From sequence record OQ411014.1: a stretch of 64,000 nt of DNA. One strand, given 5' to 3'. The notes beneath the pieces were generated by a model. The model was given only the letters and a program-made list of their open reading frames with translations. It made no database searches and was not told the origin of the DNA. This document shows positions 35,464 to 45,716 of the stretch, one piece after another. Every line of letters begins with the position of its first letter. Positions within the stretch are counted from its first letter, which is position 1. A program made the position numbers and the translations under genes.

Positions 35464-38157
35464 TTATGCACATGCCTCGATTCTGCGTGCTAATTCCTCA
35501 ACACGTCTACGAGTTTGTCTATACCAAGTACTGTCACGCATTTCATGGGCTGCTAATTTGTAATTGCCTGCTGCTAGTGCTTTTAAGAAATTGGTAAACC
35601 CACGAACGCCACCACCACGTGTTTTACTACCAGCACCAAGCTGGAATACCATCTCTGTCAGTACTATCTGTGCCATATAAGGTGTTTGCATCTTATATTC
35701 AGCATAAATTTGACATGCAGAGTTTACGGATGAAACCAAATCTTTTTTAAGAATAGTTTCAGCTTCAGCTTCTGTAATACCATTAGGGAAACCACCATCT
35801 GCTCTAGTTAGGAAGTGACCATAACCAATTGTCAGACCATGAGCATCAACATAAGGCCAGAATCTACCATTACGGAAGGTTCCAACTGATGTTTGGTATC
35901 CAATGTTACCTTCAAACTCTTTAATATCCGAAACAAGCTGGTTATCACTCGGTTGTACCTTCCAACCAATCTTGGATTTGTCAATAGAACTCAAATCAAC
36001 ACGTGAAGCAGGTGGCTCATTGGTTGCATTACTAGTTGAGCGTCGTTTCGCTGTTGTTCTTCGTGGGATACGTTTAGAACCACGTTGTGCATATCCAGTA
36101 CCGATACCACTTACCTTGCGAATGACAACCAAATCAGTACTGTCAACCGAACTTTGACTATCTGTAATTGGTGGAGCGTTCTTATTCGATACTTCACCCT
36201 TAGTTAGTGACTTGCCAGCGGCATCTTCACCTTGTCCAGTGACTGTTGTGTAGAATAATCCAGGGTCAACTGTACCACTAAAGCCAAATAAGTTTGCAGA
36301 ACGGGTTCTGACCTCAAAATTGAGCACTCCATTAACTGTACCAATTACTGCACCCTTTTGTACCATATCTTTATTGTACAAATTAGTACTGATACCGTAG
36401 AATATACTCTTATAACCACTCTTATGTGTAATTACTAAACCATTCTTACCTACAGTTGTGATTAATCCACCATCAGGGGCAACTACATCACCTTTGGCTT
36501 GAATAATCCAACCATTTCTGTTAGTTTGTGTTCCCTTATCAGTAGGTACTTGTTTACCCCAATAACCGAACTCACGAATAACACCACTCACAGGCATTAC
36601 CATCTGTAATCCTTCAAATGTTTGTGGATATGTCATTTCTGATGGAGATTGTGTTAAATCTTGTGTCATTACTTCACCAACTTCTTCAGTAGTGTTTATG
36701 AACTGAACTGCTTCTGTTTCCTGAACTGGAACAGTTTGAACTTCAACATCATTTGCTGGTTCTGGCTGTACTGGGTCAGTTGTTGAGCTTCTACCACCAC
36801 CATTTACTGGAGGATTCATTGCATCACTATGGTTTTCTGCATCAGTGAACTGTGAGTGATAGTGGATGTGGTCATTAAGGCCAACACTAGGAGTTTTGAA
36901 GTTTGGAGCCATAAATTCTGCACTTCCGTGGTTACCAGATGAATCAACTGTTAGTGTTTGTCCACCCCCACTAATATTAACTGTGGTTCCACCAATCAAG
37001 TTAGCAGATGTTTCACCTTTAATGGAAACAGTTGTTCCAGCAGTCATGTCCGTATTAGATCCACTCTGCATACGCAAAGATGCAGCAGTAACTAGACGTA
37101 AATCTGCTCCAACGTTAACAACTACCTGACCAGATACTTTAGTATCTAAAGAACCAAGCAATTCTAACTTAGTAGCTCCTGCTACACGCCAGTTCATATC
37201 TTTACCTACATCAAAGTTAACAGAACCTGTTGCATTGAAGTTAATGTCTTGACCAGAACGAATATTCACGTTCTTGTCACAATATAAATCAATATCACCA
37301 TCAGCAGTAAATTTAATACGAGCAGTACCATCGCGGTTAATCAAAAGAACGTCACCACTTGCTTCACTCAATAGTAATTGAGCACCACTACGAGTTCTTA
37401 GTACAATGCCTTCGTTTTTACGACCACCAACGGTTGTATCATTGACTGGGTTACTAAATTGGGTATCCTGATAACCATCTGGGTCATCAGCCCATGTAGG
37501 AGCATTCAATTCAGCATCTGTGTAGCCATCATCCAGAATAAAACTGTTTCCACGAGGTGAAGACATACCATAAACAGTACTGGTAGTTTGTCTAGTGGAA
37601 CTTCTGTTAGCAACACCTGCTTCTTCATCATATAGTAAGTTTTGTTTCTTCAATCCTTCAATCATTGGGACGTTTGGGTACTTTTCTTCACGATTTGTTT
37701 GAATTGTGTTACGATCATAGTCAGTTACTGGTACTGGCATGTCATGACCACTATTAGGCATCACTTCGGTTGCCATACCAGGAACCATTGTGTTCATACG
37801 CTCATCATATAGACATGCAAACCAATAAGCATCGAAAATACGACCTTGCTTAAAGCATACGGCAACTGTACAACCAACATCCGGTGGTACAGCCCAGAAT
37901 CCGTATCCTTTTGGGTACTGTTGATATGAGTTAGCTCCAGGAACACCCGGAGTTCTTCCTGCGAATGGGGCAAGATATCTTGCCTCAATCCATGAATCTT
38001 TAGAATCTCTGTCACTCTGAGAACCTTCAATCCAAACCTTTAGTTTCCCACTATGAGTTGGGTCACGGTTATCCATTACTGTAGCTAATTGGATAAATCT
38101 GGGGTCAAAACGTGCTAGTTGGTTTTCAGCGAACTGTTTACTGTTATTGGTCGCCAT
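35464..38157 (-). CDS. gp5: Baseplate central spike, gp5-like: OB fold, beta-helix, HxH apex, degenerate M23 domain, C-terminal lysozyme
   Basis: VMDNRDPTHSGKLKVWI...GFWAVPPDVGCTVAVCF (OB fold); RTRSGAQLL and beta-helix repeats; LNDHIHYH; M23-like PVSG...VQKGAVIG..LNFEVR; lysozyme KEFEG...TIGYGH...DSTWYRQT. Confidence 0.8.
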   Translation of the reverse strand: MATNNSKQFAENQLARFDPRFIQLATVMDNRDPTHSGKLKVWIEGSQSDRDSKDSWIEARYLAPFAGRTPGVPGANSYQQYPKGYGFWAVPPDVGCTVAVCFKQGRIFDAYWFACLYDERMNTMVPGMATEVMPNSGHDMPVPVTDYDRNTIQTNREEKYPNVPMIEGLKKQNLLYDEEAGVANRSSTRQTTSTVYGMSSPRGNSFILDDGYTDAELNAPTWADDPDGYQDTQFSNPVNDTTVGGRKNEGIVLRTRSGAQLLLSEASGDVLLINRDGTARIKFTADGDIDLYCDKNVNIRSGQDINFNATGSVNFDVGKDMNWRVAGATKLELLGSLDTKVSGQVVVNVGADLRLVTAASLRMQSGSNTDMTAGTTVSIKGETSANLIGGTTVNISGGGQTLTVDSSGNHGSAEFMAPNFKTPSVGLNDHIHYHSQFTDAENHSDAMNPPVNGGGRSSTTDPVQPEPANDVEVQTVPVQETEAVQFINTTEEVGEVMTQDLTQSPSEMTYPQTFEGLQMVMPVSGVIREFGYWGKQVPTDKGTQTNRNGWIIQAKGDVVAPDGGLITTVGKNGLVITHKSGYKSIFYGISTNLYNKDMVQKGAVIGTVNGVLNFEVRTRSANLFGFSGTVDPGLFYTTVTGQGEDAAGKSLTKGEVSNKNAPPITDSQSSVDSTDLVVIRKVSGIGTGYAQRGSKRIPRRTTAKRRSTSNATNEPPASRVDLSSIDKSKIGWKVQPSDNQLVSDIKEFEGNIGYQTSVGTFRNGRFWPYVDAHGLTIGYGHFLTRADGGFPNGITEAEAETILKKDLVSSVNSACQIYAEYKMQTPYMAQIVLTEMVFQLGAGSKTRGGGVRGFTNFLKALAAGNYKLAAHEMRDSTWYRQTRRRVEELARRIEACA

Positions 38158-40489
38158 TGCTTGCTGTTCCTTCATCATAATCAGTAGTTTGGTCACGACG
38201 ACGTAGTGAACGGATCACTAATCCACCAGTTAATTGCTGGGTGAACTTACCAGAACCATCAAATTCACTCACAACACTGTTTACACGGTAAATTGTTTGC
38301 GTGAAGATGGTTGGTGTGTCGATTTCCAAAATACCTGTGTTGTTACTAATAGCAACAACGGGTTTAATATTCAATAGTAGATATGCTTCACTGTCAATGT
38401 AGTTTGCGAAGTGAATATCGTCATCACCGACAGCCATTTCTTGGTCATTTACAACTCTATCAAGGTATTGTAGGTAAGAGTAGTCACTCCATCCCAACCA
38501 GTACGGATCACCAATAACCTTCATGTCCAATTTACCTAAGAATGCACGGTTATAGTAGTTGTCACGCATCAAACGACGATCCATTTCGTATTCAGTACTG
38601 TTATCGTTTACAGAACCACTGGTTGCTGTTACGATGTTTGTTGGTTCCAACGGAATTGACTTAACTTGTCCATTATCAGAGCCAATACCTTCAGTACCTG
38701 CATAAGTTAGGTCATATTCATCACGATAGTCTTCAATATATTCATTTACACGAGCGTGAACGTCCAAACGTGTCTCAAGTTGTTCCTTGACACCTTCAAT
38801 TGATAAACCTAGTTTATCAGAAGCGGCTGCGGTTGCATCACGTATGAATTGTTGCTCTTCATCTGATAGTGCACGACCTTCACGCTCATCTTTCTCCAAC
38901 TGAACCTTCTTTGACCACATTGCAGTTACGTTTGTGGTTACTGACGTATCATATCGAACATCATCGAGTACTAATATTTCAGCATTGTGAGTACCTAAAC
39001 GGTTGTCGAAGTCGATTTGTGTTGTTGGGTTACGTGTTACTGCTAAGTTGAATCCTTGGTCGAATTTAATATCCAGATTAAGAATTTCTTGGTTAAGACC
39101 TGTAAACTGATAGTCATAACGTTTAATATTCAATTTAGGAGTATTGTCATTTGGGTCTGCGAATTTATCTGCATTCTCAAAGAAGTATTCAATGTTGAAT
39201 TTGTCTTGCTTTAAGTCATCTTCACTAGTTACATCACCAATTTTATATTTTACAATATAGAAATCGTTTTTATAGACTGATGTATTACGAATATTATCAA
39301 ATCCGACATAACGACGAACTGGAATGATATTCACGAACTGACGTTTGCGGTCAGTACTTTCATGTAGAGGAACACAACAGTCCAGTACATCATCTATTGC
39401 ACGAGAGAATGGCACGTTAGCAGCCCAAGAGAAGTTCTTAGCACCTTGTTGACCATTCTTAGTATTACCAACTTCAGTACTTTGTTTAGCATCATAGTTG
39501 ATAGTCATAGTTGCTAGTTCAGAAGGAACATGAATAGTAAAGAATTCATTGTTTGCAAATTCTGGATATTTAAATGTTAAATAACCATACTGTTCTTCTG
39601 CTTGTTCATTTAGTTTATCCTGAATGCTTTGAAGAAAGTCACCAAAGGTTGCTGATGTGCATGTATATGGTTCTAGCATTGTCCAGTCTTTGTTATCAAC
39701 CAATGCAGTACGGTTTGCCACTAAATTCATGTCGTACTTAACAGTACCACCAGATTCAGTTGCACGACCTTTAATATCGTTAATCCTCACACACCATTTA
39801 CGGTTCAATCCAGTTATAGTTTCTGGTTTACCAGTATTTTGGTCATATCCAACGAAGTTCAATTCTAATACCATTGGCACGTCCATGAATTTTTGATATC
39901 CAAGACGGTTAGACATTACAACTATCTCATCCCATAAACTCATACCTGAGTCTTCTGAAATTTCAATAGTACATTCGTTGAATGAGAAGTTTGAAGTACT
40001 GGCTGGTGTCGCTGGTGCTACACTTTTGATTTTTACGTTAGTAATTGAATATCTTCCAGTTACCCCAGATTGTGCTATAATATATTTTGTAATTTGTTGG
40101 TTCGGTGATGACCAAAACAACGCATATTCTTCGGGTTCCATACTGTACAAAGAAAAGTTCCAAGTTACATTATGATACTTCAAAAGAATATTTTCATATG
40201 GTAGTACTATGTCGTTTAGGTTCCAGTCATTCTTAACTGACAAGTCATCAGTACTTCTAGCGTTAGTATTCTTTGGTCTTTCATCATTCGGTTTAGCACT
40301 AAATGGGTTAGAAATATTTGGCATTGCACCTTTAACCACATTAGTGACTTCTCCTTTGACAGTACTTTTTACTTTATCGATTGAAGGAATCTTACCTTTA
40401 ATTTCGGCAACTTTCTCTTGAGCAACTTCAACTGGTCTGTTGAGTTGGTCAACTGTAGCTGTAACGATTCCTTGTACATTATTTGCCAT
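38144..40489 (-). CDS. Baseplate hub protein (putative)
   Basis: 781 aa between gp53-like and gp5-like genes; the C-terminal KVIGDPYWL...YRVNSVVSEF..GKFTQQL resembles hub/gpD-like domains. Confidence 0.5.
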   Translation of the reverse strand: MANNVQGIVTATVDQLNRPVEVAQEKVAEIKGKIPSIDKVKSTVKGEVTNVVKGAMPNISNPFSAKPNDERPKNTNARSTDDLSVKNDWNLNDIVLPYENILLKYHNVTWNFSLYSMEPEEYALFWSSPNQQITKYIIAQSGVTGRYSITNVKIKSVAPATPASTSNFSFNECTIEISEDSGMSLWDEIVVMSNRLGYQKFMDVPMVLELNFVGYDQNTGKPETITGLNRKWCVRINDIKGRATESGGTVKYDMNLVANRTALVDNKDWTMLEPYTCTSATFGDFLQSIQDKLNEQAEEQYGYLTFKYPEFANNEFFTIHVPSELATMTINYDAKQSTEVGNTKNGQQGAKNFSWAANVPFSRAIDDVLDCCVPLHESTDRKRQFVNIIPVRRYVGFDNIRNTSVYKNDFYIVKYKIGDVTSEDDLKQDKFNIEYFFENADKFADPNDNTPKLNIKRYDYQFTGLNQEILNLDIKFDQGFNLAVTRNPTTQIDFDNRLGTHNAEILVLDDVRYDTSVTTNVTAMWSKKVQLEKDEREGRALSDEEQQFIRDATAAASDKLGLSIEGVKEQLETRLDVHARVNEYIEDYRDEYDLTYAGTEGIGSDNGQVKSIPLEPTNIVTATSGSVNDNSTEYEMDRRLMRDNYYNRAFLGKLDMKVIGDPYWLGWSDYSYLQYLDRVVNDQEMAVGDDDIHFANYIDSEAYLLLNIKPVVAISNNTGILEIDTPTIFTQTIYRVNSVVSEFDGSGKFTQQLTGGLVIRSLRRRDQTTDYDEGTASNGDQ

Positions 40490-40503
40490 GTTGATTTATC
40501 CTT

Positions 40504-40815
40504 TTATTTTACGTTACGTGATCCACTCAAGTAGCTTTGGACTCGCTGGACTGTAGGTATACGAATTGTCTTTCCAGCTTGAAAATCATAGATTGGGTCT
40601 TCTAGTGATGGATTTAATAATGAAAAGATGTATAATAGTCTTTCATTACCATATAGTTCAGCAGCAAGTCTCCACGGCTGACAGTCATACTTCGATGGGA
40701 TGACATAATCTACATCAGAGTCTGCTGGTAGCAGACCGCGTGGAAGATTGTAATCCAGATACCACGTTTGTTTAACTTTTGAGTACGGTGAGTACTGGCT
40801 ATATTTAGAGGCCAT
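40504..40815 (-). CDS. gp53: Baseplate wedge subunit, gp53/LysM-like
   Basis: YVIPSKYDCQPWRLAAELYGNERLLYIFSLLN...DPIYDFQAGKTIRIP. Confidence 0.7.
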   Translation of the reverse strand: MASKYSQYSPYSKVKQTWYLDYNLPRGLLPADSDVDYVIPSKYDCQPWRLAAELYGNERLLYIFSLLNPSLEDPIYDFQAGKTIRIPTVQRVQSYLSGSRNVK

Positions 40816-41546
40816 TAGATGAACCCTCCTTTGCGTAATAGTTTACCTGTTTTATAGTCATTTAGGTTGAACTTCTTTGTCATAAAATCAGATGTTGGTT
40901 GTTCTTCCATCTGAAGAGTTACAGATACTTTCTGTGGAACCCAGACTTCATTCTCTGCGTTCATGAATCCAGTACTTCTAAGTTGTTGGAAGAAAGCACG
41001 AGTACCTTTATCGGTAAAATCGTACGTATCAGAGCTTGTATTCACTGGCACTTGTATGTATGATACGTCATTAGCTAAGTTAATGGTGTAGCTTTTAAGT
41101 ATCACAGGAATATCATTGTACATGTACCGACCATAACCACTTAGTAATAGGATTGGTGGTGGTGCACCAACGACTGCACGGTTTTCAACTTGGTTAGCTG
41201 CTGCTTTTCGACCGAAGTCCATCAACGAGACGGAACGAATGAAATGTAAGCAACTCAACAAGTACATACCTTCTGCTGCTGTATTGGCATAGAAGTCACC
41301 TTGGATGGTGAAGTTCGTGTTGGAAGTACATTTATAGTTGTTGTATGAACTATTAGAATGAACTGGTTGTTCTGTTTCATAGTTCACTTGTCTACTTTCT
41401 GAGATAATAGGGGTATAGTTCCATACCATACCGTTAGTTGAACGTAGAAACGATAGTATTGTAGGATTCTTTGTGTCACCCAAGTCTCCGTACACGTAAT
41501 CACGTGCGGCATCCTTCGGGCGTAAACGGATTCTGCGGTCAATCAT
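40815..41546 (-). CDS. Baseplate tail-tube initiator/cap-like protein (gp48/gp54-like)
   Basis: WNYTPIISES..VNY....PVHSN...FTIQGDF...GAPPPILLLSGYG; start at ATG 41546; adjacent to the gp53-like gene. Confidence 0.5.
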   Translation of the reverse strand: MIDRRIRLRPKDAARDYVYGDLGDTKNPTILSFLRSTNGMVWNYTPIISESRQVNYETEQPVHSNSSYNNYKCTSNTNFTIQGDFYANTAAEGMYLLSCLHFIRSVSLMDFGRKAAANQVENRAVVGAPPPILLLSGYGRYMYNDIPVILKSYTINLANDVSYIQVPVNTSSDTYDFTDKGTRAFFQQLRSTGFMNAENEVWVPQKVSVTLQMEEQPTSDFMTKKFNLNDYKTGKLLRKGGFI

Positions 41547-41585
41547 TTTTATTCTCCAAAAATTTGTCATTTGATGTATTTATGA

Positions 41586-41615
41586 TTGAGACAACCAGAA
41601 AAAATGTGATATAAT
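41586..41615 (+). promoter_or_regulatory. Early/middle sigma70-like promoter of the gp55-47-46 operon
   Basis: TTGAGACAA-N-TGTGATATAAT, the same spacing as the other three copies. Confidence 0.75.
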
Positions 41616-41668
41616 AGAGTGGTAGGACACGGATAGTCCTCTGAGATGTAAAACATGGAGACAATATA

Positions 41669-42532
41669 ATGATAAACACTAAGCCGAAGCGTAAGAAGTA
41701 TTTGAATAACGCTGACTTACTAAGAGAGATACACATAAGTAAAATGTCGTATTGCTATCTGCTAGATCGTGCTTATAGTATGTATGACTACATAGTTTTT
41801 GATGAATCCGAAATCACTGAAGAAATCTTAGAAAAGGCTTCAGCGGCTCGAATCAAACGACTAAACAATGAAGCGATTGACAAGATTCGCGTAAAAGATG
41901 GACTATCAGCTAAGAAAGCGAAAGAACAAGCTGAAAGTTTAGGTGTAGTATTGAGTACTGTACCACAAGATGAAGTAGTGATTCGTGTAATCACCGATGA
42001 ACATATCCCTTTCGATGCTTCCAACAAGAAAGGTGAGAAGTTCCGAGTAAACTTTGAACCATTCAAACACTACATCGTTGATGATTGTGGAGAGATAGTT
42101 GAAGTTGGTCGGTCACATTGGCGTGGTGATTTAGAAAACGGTGAGTTCTCAATGGACCACGGTCGAATTACAAATGAACTCGGTAAAATGTTTATCAAAC
42201 TTGCTGAACAGATTTCACACAAGACTAACTATAGACGTTATACGTACTTGGATGAAATGATGGGCGATGCTCGTGTTCAACTAGTCAAGAATGCTCTTCT
42301 CTTCAAAGAAAGTATTCTGTACAAAAAAGTGAAACCTGCTGTGCAGTTGAATCCCTTTTCATATTATACATCGTTTGTTAACAACGCGTTTCGTTCAGTA
42401 CTGAATGCTGAAAAGAATGTACGTAACATCCGTGATGATTTGTTGGAATTGAATGGCTTTAACCCAAGTCATACTCGTCAACTAGAAATCGAAATTCAAA
42501 TGCAAGAAAGGAAAAACAATGGCACTATTTGA
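41669..42532 (+). CDS. gp55: Late transcription sigma factor, T4 gp55-like, with a large insertion
   Basis: YLNNADLLREI, ELGKMFIKLAEQIS...NYRRYTYLDEMMGD and NPFSYYTSFVNNAF match the gp55 layout; T4 synteny 55-47-46; TATAAATA promoters are present in the window. Confidence 0.8.
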   Translation: MINTKPKRKKYLNNADLLREIHISKMSYCYLLDRAYSMYDYIVFDESEITEEILEKASAARIKRLNNEAIDKIRVKDGLSAKKAKEQAESLGVVLSTVPQDEVVIRVITDEHIPFDASNKKGEKFRVNFEPFKHYIVDDCGEIVEVGRSHWRGDLENGEFSMDHGRITNELGKMFIKLAEQISHKTNYRRYTYLDEMMGDARVQLVKNALLFKESILYKKVKPAVQLNPFSYYTSFVNNAFRSVLNAEKNVRNIRDDLLELNGFNPSHTRQLEIEIQMQERKNNGTI

Positions 42533-43553
42533 TAAAGCAGTTACTTTTACAGATATTCATCTTGGTCTAAAGAACAACAGTAAAGAACACAACGAAGATT
42601 GTTTGAACTTCGTGAAGTTCATGATTGCTGAAGCGAAGAAACAAAATATACGTACTTGCATCTTTATGGGAGATTTCTTCCATAATAGAAGCAACGTAAA
42701 CATAAGTACTTTGAACTATGGTTTGGAAGTTATGAAACTTCTAAACGAGAACTTCGATAAAGTATATTTTCTTGTCGGGAACCACGATATGTACCACAAG
42801 AACAAACGTGACATTACCAGTATCAATATGGCACAGGCGTTCGAGAACATACATTTCGTGAATGAGATGGAAACTATTGATGATTGCACTTTCATTCCTT
42901 TTATGATTGATGACGAATACACAAAGTTACCATCTCTACGAAGCAAATACGTTTTTGGTCACTTAGAATTACCTGGATACCTCTTGAATAAAATGGTCGA
43001 AATGCCTAACCACGGTAAAGAGACTCAAGAGTCATTCAATGGTTGTGAATACGTCTTTAGTGGACACTTCCATAAACGACAATCTAAAATTACACCAAGC
43101 GGTACTAAGGTACTGTACACTGGAAACTGTTTTCCACATGACTTTTCTGATACATGGGATGATGCACGTGGTATTATGATTCTTGAACACGGTAAAGACC
43201 CATATTTTGTTGCTTGGGATAAAGCACCGAAGTATAGAACCTTTACTTTGTCTGAACTTCTGTCTGACCCATCATATTACGTCCAAGATGATGTAATTGC
43301 TAAAGTTCAAATTGATATTCCTGTTACTATGGATGAGATTAGTTACATTCGTGAACTATTCAGTACTATTCATAATATCAGAGAGTTCAACGTAGTAACG
43401 AACAAGAAAGCAGTGATGGATGATGTTGAGAAGATGGTGGATTCATCTGAAGGGACTGAAACAGTCGATGAGATTGTACTACGTCAAATCAGTGAAATTG
43501 ATTCACCAATATTCGACAAGAATCTACTAATGCAAATTTACACATCACTATAA
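42519..43553 (+). CDS. gp47: Recombination endonuclease subunit (Mre11/SbcD-like)
   Basis: Metallophosphoesterase motifs TDIHLG, GDFFH, VGNHD, GHLE and SGHFH. Confidence 0.93.
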   Translation: MALFDKAVTFTDIHLGLKNNSKEHNEDCLNFVKFMIAEAKKQNIRTCIFMGDFFHNRSNVNISTLNYGLEVMKLLNENFDKVYFLVGNHDMYHKNKRDITSINMAQAFENIHFVNEMETIDDCTFIPFMIDDEYTKLPSLRSKYVFGHLELPGYLLNKMVEMPNHGKETQESFNGCEYVFSGHFHKRQSKITPSGTKVLYTGNCFPHDFSDTWDDARGIMILEHGKDPYFVAWDKAPKYRTFTLSELLSDPSYYVQDDVIAKVQIDIPVTMDEISYIRELFSTIHNIREFNVVTNKKAVMDDVEKMVDSSEGTETVDEIVLRQISEIDSPIFDKNLLMQIYTSL

Positions 43554-43568
43554 TCAAGGAGAGCACGG

Positions 43569-45713
43569 ATGCTTACAATCAAGAATATTACAATGAGAAA
43601 CTTTTTCTCCTTTGGGAATGCACCACAGACTGTAGTACTGGATAGTACTGATATATCCTTAGTTCTGGGTCAGAACAATGATGTACTTCTCGATGGAGCA
43701 GACAATTCCGGTCGTCGTAATGGGGTGGGTAAATCTGCCCTCATTCAAGGCATCGTATATGGTCTGTATGGTAAAAGTATCGGTAATGATATCAAGATTT
43801 CTAACTTGGTGAATAAAATCAACACTAAGAACTGTGAAGTATTCTTAGAGTTCAGTAAAGATGGTGTTGATTATCGAGTTGAGCGTGGGCGTAGCCCAAC
43901 GTATTTCAACTTCATCACCATGAATCAGGATAAAGCTGATGATGAATCTCGTGGTGAGAAGAAAGATACCCAAGAAGATCTAATTGAAGTTCTTGGTATC
44001 TCGCAACAATTGTTTGAACACATTGTAGTACTGAATGCTAACGTTGAGCCGTTCTTGTCATTGCCTGTTATCAAACAGCGTGATATGATTGAAGAACTTC
44101 TTGGTATTACTCAACTAACCGAGAAAGCTGAACTACTAAAGGACATGCATAAAGAATCGAAACGTCAAGCTGAACAAGAAAAGTTCAAGATTGAAACTAT
44201 TACTGCTTCGAACGAGCGTATCCAGCAGAGTATTTCTATTCTCCAGGATCAAGCCGCTGCGTTTGAGAAAGCTAAGTCTGAAAAGATTGATAGTATCCAA
44301 TCTAAGCTGGTGGATTTTGAGGGAGTTGATTTTGCTAACTTATTTGAAGTTGCGACTAAGAATGAGATGGCTAAACAATGTAATGCAGACAGAGCAGTTC
44401 TTGAAGGTCGAGTGAATACACTTGCTCAGAAATATCAAGACTACGATGCACAGTTAGTTGCAAATAAAGAGTTGATTCAACAAAGCATCCAAGAATTGAA
44501 CACTATTGACATTGTTCAGGAATTGAGTAACCACAATGAATTATCTTCGTGGTTAGAATTGGAGAAGATTCTAAAAGAATCATTGAGTACTAAGAAATTC
44601 AAGGAACAACAGATCAGTACTGCTGAACGTAACTTGAATATGCTAAAAAGTACTTTAGCAAAAGAAGAAAGTTCACTCCAAGATGTTCTTGATAACAAAT
44701 GTTCTCTATGTAAGGGTAATCTAGACCATGATGAAAATCATAAAACTCTAAAAGAGAAAGTACTAAGTTCGATTCAATCACTAAAGGAAGAGATTTCAGT
44801 TGTGGAATTGCAGATTAGTGCAACCGTAGCAGAAATTGATGCTTTGGAGATATTTGACTTGCCAGCTAAACCAGTTACAGTGTATCCTACATTGTCTGGT
44901 GCACAACTTCATGAACATAAACTAGCTGAATTAGTAAAACAGTTAGATGAAGTACAGGTCAATATCTATGAAGAAGAGTTACAGAATTCATATGCTAAGT
45001 TAGCAGAGACACCAGTACTGGAAGTACTAGATTGGTATAGTGTTCAAGAAGTTACTGAATTGAATTTCATGTTCGATGGACTAAAGTCTGATTTAGAACG
45101 AGAAATGAAGTCTGAGAATCACTTCGTATCTCAAATTGAGACACTAAAAACTACATCTCTACAAGCTGTATCGTATGATGAGTTCAATGAGTTCGATAAG
45201 TTGGCTAATCACCAAGAATTCTTGGCTAAATTGCTAATCAATAAGGACTCTTATGTTCGTAAACGTATCATTGAACAGAATATCTCGTTCTTGAATACAC
45301 GTTTACAGTACTATATCGATGCTGTTGGTTCATCTCATCAGGTAGTATTCATGAATGACCTAAGTGTTGATATTACATTGAATGACCAGACCTATGACTT
45401 CAAACAATTGTCTCGTGGTGAGCGTACTAGGGTTAACATTGCGTTATCCTTAGCATTCCGTGATACCTATGAGTCTCTATACCAAGCAATTAACCTCATT
45501 TGTATTGATGAGATGATTGATGTTGGTCTTGATAGTTCTGGTGTAATGAAAACGTGGACAATATTCCAAGATCTTGCAGCTATTCGTAACAAGAACGTAT
45601 TTGTCATCTCTCATAGAGAGGAATTACTCAGTAAAACTGACAAGATACTCAAGATTACGAAAGAAGCTGGATTTAGTTCAGTTGCTTATACAACATTGGA
45701 TGATTTTTTCTAA
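43569..45713 (+). CDS. gp46: Recombination ATPase subunit (Rad50/SbcC-like)
   Basis: Walker A NGVGKS, coiled coil with CSLC zinc hook, signature LSRGE, Walker B IDEMID, H-loop VISH. Confidence 0.93.
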   Translation: MLTIKNITMRNFFSFGNAPQTVVLDSTDISLVLGQNNDVLLDGADNSGRRNGVGKSALIQGIVYGLYGKSIGNDIKISNLVNKINTKNCEVFLEFSKDGVDYRVERGRSPTYFNFITMNQDKADDESRGEKKDTQEDLIEVLGISQQLFEHIVVLNANVEPFLSLPVIKQRDMIEELLGITQLTEKAELLKDMHKESKRQAEQEKFKIETITASNERIQQSISILQDQAAAFEKAKSEKIDSIQSKLVDFEGVDFANLFEVATKNEMAKQCNADRAVLEGRVNTLAQKYQDYDAQLVANKELIQQSIQELNTIDIVQELSNHNELSSWLELEKILKESLSTKKFKEQQISTAERNLNMLKSTLAKEESSLQDVLDNKCSLCKGNLDHDENHKTLKEKVLSSIQSLKEEISVVELQISATVAEIDALEIFDLPAKPVTVYPTLSGAQLHEHKLAELVKQLDEVQVNIYEEELQNSYAKLAETPVLEVLDWYSVQEVTELNFMFDGLKSDLEREMKSENHFVSQIETLKTTSLQAVSYDEFNEFDKLANHQEFLAKLLINKDSYVRKRIIEQNISFLNTRLQYYIDAVGSSHQVVFMNDLSVDITLNDQTYDFKQLSRGERTRVNIALSLAFRDTYESLYQAINLICIDEMIDVGLDSSGVMKTWTIFQDLAAIRNKNVFVISHREELLSKTDKILKITKEAGFSSVAYTTLDDFF

Positions 45714-45716
45714 CAG

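Noticed and set aside
43569-45713. Non-canonical ABC signature LSRGE and an insertion before Walker A in gp46 as signs of inactivation
   Set aside because: Phage gp46 signatures vary, and all other catalytic motifs and the zinc hook are intact.
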